A stretch of DNA of 64,000 nucleotides from Gemmatimonadota bacterium (GCA_039589315.1 JBDHHQ010000027.1:1-64000); one strand, 5' to 3'. Shown: positions 19,714-29,799, numbered from the stretch's first letter. The notes: generated from the letters alone by a model not told the origin. Numbers and translations: made by a program.

Positions 19714-21594
19714 ATGAGCTCGCCATCCGTTCGGACCCTGACACTGAGCTTCGTCGCCGCTGCGTTACTCCTCCTCGCCTGTGATGAGGGCGCGGTGACC
19801 CCTCCAGTGGTCTCCCCTCCCGACGACACGCTTCCTCCGCCGATCGTAACACCGGTGACCGCCGCGAGCTGGGTCGACTGGGTGGATTGGGACCAGCGGA
19901 CCGTCGTGGAGGTGAGCATGGTGGAGAGCGGCGCCGCCCTGTCGTACTCGCCTGCCGAGCTCACGTTCGAGGCGGGCAAGCCCTACGTGCTCCGGATCGT
20001 GAATTCCGTCGATAACGACAGCAAACACTACTGGTCCCCCGAGGGGACGAGCTTCTTCAAGGCCATCGCCACTCGAAAAATCCAGACGGCGGAGGCCGAG
20101 TACAAGGCTCCCTACTTCGACGCGGTAGAGCTACAGATCGGGGGTGCCCTGGAGATCTTCTTCGTCCCGGTGCTGGCCGGCACGTACGACATCGTGTGCA
20201 CCATCACCGGCCACAAGGCCGCTGGTATGTTCGGCACGGCCACCATCACTGGTGGAGAAGGCTACCAGCTCGACCTGGAGGTAGCGCCGGACTACAACCC
20301 GGCCCTGAGCAGCGATCCCCGACGCTCTGGATCGCACGACGTCTGGAGCAACGCCGTCGACAAGACGGTGGAGATGTTCGAGTCCGCCGACTTCAGCCAA
20401 TTGGGTTACGAGCCGCCGAACCTCGAACTGACTCAGGGCCTGGGCTACAAGCTCCGCTTGGAGAACGACGAGGGCCACGCGTCGAAGCACTACTACACGG
20501 CGACCGAGTTCTACAAGACCGTCGTGATGCGCAAAGTCGAAGACTCGCAGGCCGAGATCAAGGCGCCCTACCTGAACGCTGTCGAGCTCCTGATCGGAGG
20601 CGAGACGACACTCTTCGTCGTTCCCACGCAGCTGGGCACCTTCGAGACCATATGCACGATCACCGGCCACGTCCAAGCCGGCATGGAGGGCACGATCACC
20701 GTGTCGCCACTCGTCGCTACACCGGTCACGAGCTCGGACTGGGTGTCGTTCGTGGACTGGGATCAGCGGACCGTGGTCGAGGTCACGATGGTCGAGTCGG
20801 CCGGTGGCGCCCTCTCGTACTCGCCGAGCGACCTCACGTTAGAGGCGGGCAAGCCGTACGTGCTGCGCATCATCAATCCCGCCGACAACGACAGCAAGCA
20901 CTACTGGTCCCCGGAGGGTTCCAGCTTTTACCAGGCCATCGCGACGAGGAAGATCGAAACCGCCGACGCTGAGTACAAGGCGCCCTACTTCGATGCGGTC
21001 GAGCTTCTGGTCGGAGGTACGCTCGACATCTACTTCGTGCCGGTGTTGGCAGGCACCTACGACATCATCTGCACGATCACGGGGCATCAGGAAGCCGGGA
21101 TGGTCGGCACAGCGACCATCACGGGGGGAGATGGCTACCAGCTCGATCTCGAGGTAGCCGCCGACTTCGATCCTGCCCTGATGACGGACGCGAGACGATC
21201 TGGGTCGCACGCCGTATGGGCCACCGCCGTTGACGTCACCGTCGATATGTTCGAGTCGGCCGACTTCACTACGCTCGGCTACGTCCCGCCGGACCTCGAC
21301 CTGACCCAGGGCGTAGGCTACAAACTTCGCCTCCAGAACGCCCCTGGCCACCAGTCCAAGCACTACTACACGGCGTCGGAGCTGTACAAGACGCTCGTGC
21401 TCCGAAAGGCCGAGGACTCCCAGGCCGAGATCAAGGCACCGTACCTGAAGGCCGTTGAGCTGCTGATCGGCGGTGCCACTACCCTCTTCAACGTACCCAC
21501 GAAGACTGGGACCTACGAGGTGATCTGCACGATCACTGGCCACGTCGCCAGCGGGATGAAGGGTACCATCTCGGTGGCTGCCGACGGAGGCTAG
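19714..21594 (+). CDS. Lipoprotein with four tandem type-1 copper (cupredoxin) domains
   Basis: AAGGAGGT RBS and lipobox LLAC. Four repeats of KHY...CTITGHxxxGM arranged as (AB)2. Confidence 0.88.
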   Translation: MSSPSVRTLTLSFVAAALLLLACDEGAVTPPVVSPPDDTLPPPIVTPVTAASWVDWVDWDQRTVVEVSMVESGAALSYSPAELTFEAGKPYVLRIVNSVDNDSKHYWSPEGTSFFKAIATRKIQTAEAEYKAPYFDAVELQIGGALEIFFVPVLAGTYDIVCTITGHKAAGMFGTATITGGEGYQLDLEVAPDYNPALSSDPRRSGSHDVWSNAVDKTVEMFESADFSQLGYEPPNLELTQGLGYKLRLENDEGHASKHYYTATEFYKTVVMRKVEDSQAEIKAPYLNAVELLIGGETTLFVVPTQLGTFETICTITGHVQAGMEGTITVSPLVATPVTSSDWVSFVDWDQRTVVEVTMVESAGGALSYSPSDLTLEAGKPYVLRIINPADNDSKHYWSPEGSSFYQAIATRKIETADAEYKAPYFDAVELLVGGTLDIYFVPVLAGTYDIICTITGHQEAGMVGTATITGGDGYQLDLEVAADFDPALMTDARRSGSHAVWATAVDVTVDMFESADFTTLGYVPPDLDLTQGVGYKLRLQNAPGHQSKHYYTASELYKTLVLRKAEDSQAEIKAPYLKAVELLIGGATTLFNVPTKTGTYEVICTITGHVASGMKGTISVAADGG

Positions 21595-21596
21595 TC

Positions 21597-22556
21597 GTGC
21601 CTCAGATCGTCAGGGCGTCAATCTGCGGCATCGCGGCGGTCCTGCTGCCCTCGTCGCCGATGGGGGCCCAGGATCCCGCGCCGGGGGCCCAGGTGTCAGC
21701 CGTAGCCGCCGCGGAGCTCTACGCCGACGCCTGCGCCCCATGTCACGGTCGGCTCGGTGAAGGCAACGGGCGCGGTGCGGCACGTCTGGGATCGCCCGAG
21801 CCGCGGGATTTCACAGTCGGTGTCTTCAAGTTTCGGACGACGCCGACGGGATCGCTTCCCACGGATGCGGACATCTTTCGGACGATTGCGCGAGGGGTGC
21901 CCGGCACCTGGATGCCCGCCTGGAAAGATCTGCTCAGCGAAGACGAGACGTGGGCGATTGTCCACTATATCAAGGGATTCTCGGAGTTCTTCGCCATCGA
22001 GGATCCAGATCCTCCCGTCCCGCTTCCCACCCCACTGGAGGTTACCCCGGAGCTGCTTTCCGAGGGTCGGCTCGTCTACACCGTACTTGGATGCGCCCGA
22101 TGCCACGGGACCAGCGGCCGGGGAGACGGCCCCTCGGCCGCCGAGCTCACGGACGACTGGGACCGCGAGATCGTTCCCTACGACTTCACGCGTGGTGGCT
22201 ACAAGAACGGGTCCACGCCATCGGACATCTACAGGACGCTGGTGACGGGCCTCGACGGCACGCCCATGCCGGCCTTCGAACCAGACGCGGTTGTCTTTCC
22301 CGGAGATCCCGAGGGCGACGTCACCTCGCTGAGCACTGGGCTCGACGCCAGGACGGCAGAGGAGCTCGAAGCCTACCTGCGCCATCAGCCGACGGCCGAG
22401 CAGATCTCGGCCATGGACTCCGACGAGCGCGAACGTCTCGCGCAGCATCGACTGTGGGCACTTGTGTTCTACCTCGATGCCCTCCAGCGGCCACGTCGTT
22501 GGTGGTACCGGCTCCTCGTTGAGCAACCCGAACTGACCAGGGAGAAGGGGCGATGA
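21597..22556 (+). CDS. Diheme cytochrome c
   Basis: CAPCH and CARCH, each followed by a P.DFT motif and an MP axial-ligand motif. Confidence 0.88.
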   Translation: MPQIVRASICGIAAVLLPSSPMGAQDPAPGAQVSAVAAAELYADACAPCHGRLGEGNGRGAARLGSPEPRDFTVGVFKFRTTPTGSLPTDADIFRTIARGVPGTWMPAWKDLLSEDETWAIVHYIKGFSEFFAIEDPDPPVPLPTPLEVTPELLSEGRLVYTVLGCARCHGTSGRGDGPSAAELTDDWDREIVPYDFTRGGYKNGSTPSDIYRTLVTGLDGTPMPAFEPDAVVFPGDPEGDVTSLSTGLDARTAEELEAYLRHQPTAEQISAMDSDERERLAQHRLWALVFYLDALQRPRRWWYRLLVEQPELTREKGR

Positions 22557-22996
22557 AGGGCCTTTGTTCTTCCGCGGCTGTGACGCTCTTGGCGCTCGGA
22601 TCTTCGTGGGGTTGTGCCGGGGACGGGACCGGCCTCGACGAGTTCGGCAACCCGATCACCGGCTCCCTGGCTGCGCTCGGCCCGACGCTGTCCGGTGTGC
22701 AGGACAACATCTTCACTCCGATCTGCACTCAATGCCACACGGGAGCCTCGGCGCCCCTGGGTCTGGCACTCGACGAAGGCGTGGCACGCGCGAACCTGGT
22801 CGGAGTGGAGAGCACGGAGACGCCCGGCTTACTACGGGTCGATCCGGGCAGTCCCGACTCCAGCTACATCATCTGGAAGGTCGAGGGTCGGCCCGACATC
22901 GTTGGGGGTCGAATGCCCCTGGGGATGGCACCGCTTTCGATCGAGCAACTGGACGCGCTGCGGGGTTGGATCGCCGCCGGCGCGGGGGCGAACTAG
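22553..22996 (+). CDS. Monoheme cytochrome c lipoprotein
   Basis: Lipobox-like WGC, IFTPICTQCH, RMP, 'WIAAGA' end. ATGA overlap with the upstream gene. Confidence 0.82.
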   Translation: MKGLCSSAAVTLLALGSSWGCAGDGTGLDEFGNPITGSLAALGPTLSGVQDNIFTPICTQCHTGASAPLGLALDEGVARANLVGVESTETPGLLRVDPGSPDSSYIIWKVEGRPDIVGGRMPLGMAPLSIEQLDALRGWIAAGAGAN

Positions 22997-23008
22997 GAGG
23001 CAGATGAA

Positions 23009-24115
23009 ATGCACGCGAGACGAAGCGGTCTTTGCGCCTTGGGGGTGCTCGGAGCACTCGTCGCGGGCTCCACACCAGTTGCCGCCTACGGGCCGGAGGA
23101 CGGGGCCAGCCGGGAGCCCTACCTGTCTGTCAGGACCGGCCTGCACTGCTCCCAGTGCCACACCAACCGAACCGGTGGTGGCGGACGTAACCAGTTCGGC
23201 AGCGTCTACGCGCAGGCGTTCCTGCCGTGGCAGAAGCGCTCCTTCCAAGGTCGCTCGCTGAACAGCTTCATCTCTGTCGGAGGCAATCTCCGATTGGCGG
23301 CGTCCGGAACGGTCTCCGGATCCACGCCGCGAACATCCCTCGCGGTCACCGAGGCCAACATCCAGGTGGAGGCACGCCTGGTTCCCGACGCGTTAGCGGT
23401 CTACGTAGACCAGACCATCGGGCCTGGCAGCGCCGCCTCGCGGGAGATCTTCGGCCTTCTCGAAGGCCTGCCGCTGGACGGATACGTGAAGGCGGGGAAG
23501 TTCCTCCTCCCGTTTGGCGTGAGACTGCTGGACGACCAGGAGTTCATAAGGGAACGAACGGGGTTCAGCTACAAGACGCCGGATACGGGCTGGGAGGTGG
23601 GCATCGAACCCGGGCCGCTCTCCTTCTTCCTCGCCGTGACCAACGGGACCCAGGGCGGCGACGAGAACAACAGCGGCAAGCAGGTTACCGCCACGGGCGC
23701 GTTGATCTTCCGCCACTGGAGGCTTGGCGCTTCGGCGTCGCGCAACGATGCGCCGGACGCGCGCCGGGACGTCCTGGGTGGCTTTGGAGGGCTGAATCTG
23801 GGTCGCCTGACCTTTCTCGGTGAGCTGGACGTCATCGTGGACTCGCCCGAGGACGGGAACGAGCTCGAACAGTTGGCGGCCTATGTCGAAGCGAACTTCC
23901 TGGCCGCCCCGGGTCTGAACGCCAAGGTCACGTACGGATTCCTGGACCCGAGCGCGGACATCGGTGAGAACGCACGGACCCGGATGAGATTCGGTCTCGA
24001 GTGGTTCCCGATTCCCTTCCTGCAGCTGTCGAGCTTCTACACGGTGCTGGAGGACATCCCCCAATCCACCACCGACCTCGATCAGCTGAGTCTCGAGCTC
24101 CATGCCTACTTCTGA
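23009..24115 (+). CDS. Outer-membrane beta-barrel with N-terminal c-type heme motif
   Basis: EPYLSVRTGLHCSQCHTNRTGGGGRN, beta-strand pattern, C-terminal LELHAYF. Confidence 0.78.
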   Translation: MHARRSGLCALGVLGALVAGSTPVAAYGPEDGASREPYLSVRTGLHCSQCHTNRTGGGGRNQFGSVYAQAFLPWQKRSFQGRSLNSFISVGGNLRLAASGTVSGSTPRTSLAVTEANIQVEARLVPDALAVYVDQTIGPGSAASREIFGLLEGLPLDGYVKAGKFLLPFGVRLLDDQEFIRERTGFSYKTPDTGWEVGIEPGPLSFFLAVTNGTQGGDENNSGKQVTATGALIFRHWRLGASASRNDAPDARRDVLGGFGGLNLGRLTFLGELDVIVDSPEDGNELEQLAAYVEANFLAAPGLNAKVTYGFLDPSADIGENARTRMRFGLEWFPIPFLQLSSFYTVLEDIPQSTTDLDQLSLELHAYF

Positions 24116-24249
24116 CGCTGTGTCCGCCGAACGCCCGTTGCGGCGATTTCGGGTGTGCGGAGGTCGTTCGCCATCGGTGATGTCGACCATATCGAGCTCT
24201 GGCCGCCAGCCGTGAACCACACGCGACACCTGACCCTGGAGGTTGTCTC

Positions 24250-25014
24250 ATGTCCGCCAAGAAATCGGCTCGAAGACGGATCCTACCGGTGACGCTGATG
24301 GCTCCGGTGCTCGCAGGAACTCTTCTGGACGTCGAGTCAAACCATGCACGGCCTTCCGTGGGAGACATCCGCGGAGCCGTGAGCCTCAGCGGCACGGTTA
24401 CGTACGTCGGTCCCGCGCCTGAGGCTGAGGTTCTTCCCATGGATTCCGACCCCTACTGCGGCGAGGTACACTTCGGCACGACGTCTGAACGAATGCCGTT
24501 CAACGTCGATCTGAACGGCGGTCTCCGTGACGTAGTCGTCTACATCCGTGAAGGGGCTCAAGAGAGCGAGTATCCGGTCCCGGAAGAGGACGTGCTCCTG
24601 GACCAGGAGGGTTGTCTCTACGAGCCCCACGTGGTCGCCTTGCGTAACGGGCAGACGCTCACGATCCGAAATAGCGACGGCACCTCGCACAACGTGCACG
24701 TCAGCGCAAGGAAGAACCGAGGATTCAACATCGGCCAGCCAATCAAGGGCATCCAATCCCGGAGATCGTTCCGTCTGGCTGAGCTGCCGATCCACGTGAC
24801 CTGCGATATCCATGGATGGATGCACAGCATCATCGCGGTCTTCGATCACCCCTTCTTCGCCGTCACTCGTGACAACGGGACCTTCCGTCTGGACCACCTT
24901 CCCCCGGGGGACTACGTCGTGGAGGCGTGGCATGAGGTGCTGGGAAGCCAGACGCGACAGGTGACCGTGAACGAGGGAGCTGCCACGGAGGTTACCTTTG
25001 TCTTCGAGAATTGA
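24250..25014 (+). CDS. Cupredoxin-like/carboxypeptidase-regulatory-like protein
   Basis: LDQEGCLYEPHV, NSDGTSHNVH, CDIHGWM, HPFFAVT. Confidence 0.82.
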   Translation: MSAKKSARRRILPVTLMAPVLAGTLLDVESNHARPSVGDIRGAVSLSGTVTYVGPAPEAEVLPMDSDPYCGEVHFGTTSERMPFNVDLNGGLRDVVVYIREGAQESEYPVPEEDVLLDQEGCLYEPHVVALRNGQTLTIRNSDGTSHNVHVSARKNRGFNIGQPIKGIQSRRSFRLAELPIHVTCDIHGWMHSIIAVFDHPFFAVTRDNGTFRLDHLPPGDYVVEAWHEVLGSQTRQVTVNEGAATEVTFVFEN

Positions 25015-25113
25015 GGTCTCTGCGCAGCGGGGGCGGGGGACTACCGGTCCCGGTATCTCGATGCAGATGAGCGAGCCGGCCCTGCAACTCACCACCGGCA
25101 CCCGACGGACGGC

Positions 25114-25438
25114 GATGACGTCGGCCGGATGTCGGAGAGTGATTACGCGCATCGTGATAGCCATCTGTGCGTATGGGCTGCTCGCCGCAGCGTGCGTCGA
25201 TGCCGATGCCAACAGCGACATCGGGCTGCTTGCACCGCCGGTGAGCCGCGAGGATGACTGTGGAAGGGAGCCGGGTGGGTGCGAGACGCAGGCACGGGAA
25301 AGTCATCAGGACTGCATCGCCGCGGCTCGGTTGCTCAAGGGTGACGCGTTCCGCGACGCCGTCCGGGCGTGCCATCCGGAGTTCCACGCCCGGCGCCCGT
25401 CGGTCTTGGCCGGCCGTGGGCGCGGGGCAGGCTCCTGA
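25114..25438 (+). CDS. Hypothetical Cys-containing lipoprotein-like ORF
   Basis: Hydrophobic stretch ending AAAC. Start uncertain. Confidence 0.35.
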
Positions 25439-25589
25439 TTGCCCGCGACAGTGCGAACAGAGAAAGATGCGAGCGCTTACCTTTCCTCCAGGCTGGACCA
25501 GGCCCAGCCATCCTCCTTGGGGGTTTCGCCAGCTGTCAACGCCGGCTGAGAGCGATCCATCCGATAGTAGAGACCCGTTTCGGTTCCGA

Positions 25590-26180
25590 CCCCACAAGCG
25601 CCCTCGCACCCTTTCTTCCCCGTATGCGCGAGGGTCTGCGCTGCGGAAACAGCGGTGGAGACTCCGGTGAAAATCGGCGGTGAAAAGGCCGGTTGGGGAG
25701 CGAAACTAGCGGTGGAATTAGCGGTTGCACTTGTGAGTAGCTCGCCGCGTGGTCAGACCGCCGGACGGAAGCCACGCCAGGACGACGGGATTCCTGGTTA
25801 GCCGGTCAAGCTACGGTGAGTCTCCGGCGGGTCGCGGACGTCGGACCAGTGGTCCTCCATCAGATCGAGTCCGGGAGGGGTACGGGAAGCCCTCGTCATC
25901 GAGGGACGGAGGGACTCGCACCCTCGCGCCCCTCCGTCCCCGTACGCGCGACGGGCGGATCACAGAAAAGGGCGGTGAAGACACCGGTTGGGAGTTGTCG
26001 GCGGTTGGACGTTCAGATGAACTTGCCTGGCAGCGGACGGATCCCGGCCGGGAGGACGGAATTCCGCTTGCCCGAGAGACGCCCCGGGCATACCGGGACA
26101 TCTTGAGCCGCCGGACCGACGGTCCGCACCAAGAAGGGCGCCCCGGATGGGTACGGGAGGCCCCCGCCATCGAGGGACCG
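25590..26180. repeat. Complex repeat, right end: two diverged ~300 bp units, inverted relative to 8745-9175
   Basis: CAAGCGCCCTCGCACC..CCCCGTATGCGCGAGG, GCGAAACTAGCGGTGGAATTAGCGG, GTAGCTCGCCGCGTGGT and GGGTACGGGA(A/G)GCCC are reverse complements of left-end blocks. Confidence 0.8.
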
Positions 26181-26205
26181 CCCCCGGCCGGAAAGGCAGA
26201 GACCC

Positions 26206-27150
26206 TCAGATCCTGTGTGAGAGCCAACCCAAGAGGTACACAGCAGCGAAGGCGACCCACAGAAACAACAGTGCGCCGACGTTACTTCTGTGCCACGGTA
26301 CCGGAGCTGGTTCGGCGCCTAGCTCCTGGAGCTTTGGCCCGAGATGGTATCTCAAGAGTGCCTTAGTCGGCCGTAACGGACTCGAATGCGCCAAGTTCTT
26401 CAGACTCTCTTTCGCTCCTTTGCGCCTGAAGGAAGGCTCCCAATCATGAGAGAAGGTGACCGTGACTTCAGGCGCGCCATCCGGCAGCGGCCTTCCGAAG
26501 GTGTCCTTCATCGTGTCGCTGACGACTCTTCGTTCGCTCCTGCCCAGTCGCCAAACCAACAGAACCAACCGCTCGGGAGTCAGTAGGCGCCGAGCCTCCC
26601 GTAGCTCCCAAGCAATGCCTTCGCCCCGTCCGGGTCGCAACACAACCAACTTGGCTCTTTCCAGCATACCACGAATCTCGCCTTGCCAGGCATCGTGACT
26701 CAGGTACGTGCGCTCGGCGCCTAACGGCGGATCGCGCTCATCGGGATACCCCACGGCGACCAGCCTGCCCAAGGGTCGCACGGCCTCGGCCAGTTCTTCC
26801 TCGAGCGAATACAGACTCGGGGAACCAAGGCTCCATCCAAGGCTAGCAAGTGTGTTGGACCGAATAAGACGGCGAGGGGTGGTGTCCTTCCGAAACGCCC
26901 GCAGGTAGAGCACCAAATCGCTTTCTTCATCCAGCGTGGTCGAAGAAAGCGAGCGCATTGCGGTCCGACGCCCGCGGTATAACAACCAGGACCCTATTAG
27001 AGCGCCAGCTACGGTGAACGGCAGACTGATGAAGGGTATTCCCGCCTCACCGACTTGGATGACGAAGGCAGTCGTCGCAGATCCCACAAGCAGGCTAGGT
27101 AGAAGCAGGCCCGCACCGATTCTCGCCAACCTCTGTCCCGGGATGCGCAC
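26206..27150 (-). CDS. Hypothetical membrane protein (start uncertain)
   Basis: TM segments, VLYLRAFRKD, VAVGYPDE..PPLGAER..WQ. Lies in an AT-richer segment. Confidence 0.6.
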   Translation of the reverse strand: MRIPGQRLARIGAGLLLPSLLVGSATTAFVIQVGEAGIPFISLPFTVAGALIGSWLLYRGRRTAMRSLSSTTLDEESDLVLYLRAFRKDTTPRRLIRSNTLASLGWSLGSPSLYSLEEELAEAVRPLGRLVAVGYPDERDPPLGAERTYLSHDAWQGEIRGMLERAKLVVLRPGRGEGIAWELREARRLLTPERLVLLVWRLGRSERRVVSDTMKDTFGRPLPDGAPEVTVTFSHDWEPSFRRKGAKESLKNLAHSSPLRPTKALLRYHLGPKLQELGAEPAPVPWHRSNVGALLFLWVAFAAVYLLGWLSHRI

Positions 27151-27903
27151 ATCCTGCCTAGGTGGCTCCCTCTTGCCGAGTAGCTTGTAGGGTGTCACAC
27201 AGTCTATGCGGCACGGCTCCGCGCACGCCGAGTATTCTGTTCGCAGAAGCGATGCGTAACACGTCTGTCCCGTCACTGCATCTCCGCGCCAGCGTCCCGG
27301 CGCCATCGTTGGGCAGGGGTTCCTGCGCCACCTGCGCGGGATGAGCGACGCCGAGCTCGAAACGTTCGGCGTGGACGTGTGGATCGCGGCGGGACTAGGG
27401 CCGGGGGGTCGGCTACGGCCGCAGCGGATAGAGACGCCGAAAGTCAGGGCCCTCGGAGCGAGGAGCCTTGATTGCTTGCTCCGTTCGCACGCTGTAAGAG
27501 ACACCCCCAAGATCCAGCTCCGAAGACACCCAGTTATACGCACCGAGTGAGTTGACGGGACCGCAGTGAAGGGTCCCGCTCCGGATCGACACGCGATCTG
27601 GAGGCCGGTTCAGAATGGTGCCAGGCACTGCAATGGGGGAGCGCATCGTTGCGGCTGTGGGGGTCACTTCGTCGTGAAGTCCCTCTCCTCTCCTTTCGTC
27701 TCGACTACGGCGACGGTCCTCCTCGACCCACCTCCTCTCCACCTCATCCACCTCTCGGGTCCACTGCGCCGCTTCTTGCCAGGTCTGGGCGGGGAACTAG
27801 CTGGAACGACGTGTCTTCCGCCGCTCGGTGCCATTACTTGGAGCTTGCCTTGGACAGCATCACTACCCATCCTGTGTCTGCGCGCACTCTGAAGGAGGCG
27901 GCC

Positions 27904-28812
27904 ATGCAGGAGCGGAGCTGGTTTCGGGCCACCGGAGCACCTTGGGCTCATCCGAACATAGTTGCCCAGGTCTTCTTCCCGTTCGACCGCTCTAACCTAG
28001 ATGCCTCGGATCACCTCGTTCTCGACAGAATGGTACGTGCCTACCATCCGTTGGTCGTCCGCGGCACTCGCATAGAATTGAAGTTTGTCGGTCATGCTGA
28101 CCAGCGCGGTAATGTCCTCTATAATCAGAAGCTTGGTCAGACGCGTGCCACAGTTGTAAAAGGCTACCTCGACAGATACTTGAACTGGCATCGTAACTAT
28201 AGTTCTGTGCAGACTACGTCACCGGGTGAATTGCTTGCGGCTCAGGGCCGCGCAACTCGCCAACGCATGGCGGAGGATCGACGGGTTGACATATATAGCA
28301 GCCACGTTGCCCAGCGTCACGTCATTGGTCAGCCCATTGCTATTACTGACAACACGCAGCGCATACCGCGCATAGTCTTCCGCAGCTTCTCCCGCCGTGC
28401 TGTGACTCCTCTTGCCGGACCACCGGGGGCTAGTCCTAGCGACAGAGCAGACGAAAGGGCTTTTGGCCGACAGATCCTAGATGCCATTGTCGGTGGCGAA
28501 CGTGAGGATTTCATCGCGGGCCCAGAAGGTGGCCGTCCGAGCATAGAGTACTACCCTGTCACTTTTGCAGTTAACGACGTCATCAAAGAAATACATGAAG
28601 AGGTCACGTGGGAGCGTGATACTGTGGAGAGACGGTCAACGACAACGACGGTCCGTTATACGTGGGGCCCTCCGCGCCCTATCGTGAGGCTCAGAACGCA
28701 TATCGTACGAGACGTGTTTGGCAGACGAACCCAAGACGAGTGGCGGACGCGGTACTATACGCGGGCAGAAGCCGACTCCATCCCCTTCATCTTCCCTCCA
28801 AACCCCGATTGA
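27904..28812 (+). CDS. OmpA-like domain protein with unknown C-terminal domain
   Basis: GAAGGAGG RBS. VFFPFDRSNL, GHADQRG..YNQKLGQTRA..V, DRRVDI. Confidence 0.75.
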   Translation: MQERSWFRATGAPWAHPNIVAQVFFPFDRSNLDASDHLVLDRMVRAYHPLVVRGTRIELKFVGHADQRGNVLYNQKLGQTRATVVKGYLDRYLNWHRNYSSVQTTSPGELLAAQGRATRQRMAEDRRVDIYSSHVAQRHVIGQPIAITDNTQRIPRIVFRSFSRRAVTPLAGPPGASPSDRADERAFGRQILDAIVGGEREDFIAGPEGGRPSIEYYPVTFAVNDVIKEIHEEVTWERDTVERRSTTTTVRYTWGPPRPIVRLRTHIVRDVFGRRTQDEWRTRYYTRAEADSIPFIFPPNPD

Positions 28813-28898
28813 CGTTCTGAGCCCTGCTGGATGACTCCAATCGACGCTGCGCCTGCTGACGCTCTGGCTCACCCTGTGCACCTCGGACAGGACTGTGA

Positions 28899-29459
28899 AT
28901 GATGTCACTACGTCCAATGAGCCCGGATAAGCTAGCCGACCTACTCCTGCGGGAATCGGTCGCCGATGCCATGGAGCTCGACGACTGTGTCGACAATCGC
29001 CTGAAGCAGTTCTATCGACCTCTGATGACGATCGGGTTCGATACGAACTGGAGGTGATTCTTTACTCTATGTTCCCAGCAGAGGTCGTGGCGACCTCTCA
29101 CTTCCCCCAAGTGGCAGCACAGATCCAGGCAGCGCTTCGCAGAAGGCTTCGTGAGACTCGCTTTTGGTATACTACGGGAGGCTTTCTGTCACCCTGGGCC
29201 ACCGTGGAGGCCGGCTATCGGCTTCCCTCGCTACGACCTCTTCCCTTCCTTTGTTGACGATAGGTTTGCGGAGTATACCCGCGCCTACATGACCCGAGAA
29301 GCGCAGCCGGGCATCGAGCAACTCGGACGGCTAGCCTGCCAGCGGATCACTGGAAGGGAGAAGTGGGATCCGGCGATCACGGGACTTCTGGCGATTCATT
29401 TTCAGTTCAGGCTACAAGGACTCGCGTCGGCGATGCCAAAGTACTCAGTCCGGGCTTAG
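28899..29459 (+). pseudogene. Disrupted hypothetical gene
   Basis: Coding-like sequence split over several frames (ORFs 29054-29257 and 29151-29459). Confidence 0.35.
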
Positions 29460-29799
29460 AACGGTCGCTGAACAACATGTCCCAGGCGTCCATCCTGTCC
29501 ACACGGCCGCTGGATCATGCTTGCTTCCGCGCCGCCCGTGACCCTACGAAGCTGGAGCGACGTTACAGCCTCTGGCCCATCGAAGTGGCGACCTTCAGCA
29601 GCTTGAACGGTTCATCCTAGAGAATATCGCAGGTCTGGATTGAGTCCGTCTGCCACACGCGGAACGAGAGGTCCCCGATGTGGCCGGGATCGGCGGACTA
29701 TGCTGCAGCTATGCCGGAACCCAGCGGTGACGAGGGGGAAAGGGGAGGAGAGAGCGAGGCCGCTGAGGTATCGGAGTAGCCCGAATCACAAGGCGATTC

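Noticed and set aside
19714..21594. Multicopper oxidase or copper nitrite reductase
   Set aside because: No HxH/HCH type-2/3 copper motifs. Only type-1 ligand sets are present.
27253..27542. Integron attC site (TGCGTAAC ... GTTATACGCA; also GCTGAAC...GTTACAGC at about 29467-29579)
   Set aside because: The first span is too long for attC, internal L-box pairing could not be established for either, and there is no IntI in the window. An IntegronFinder run would settle it.
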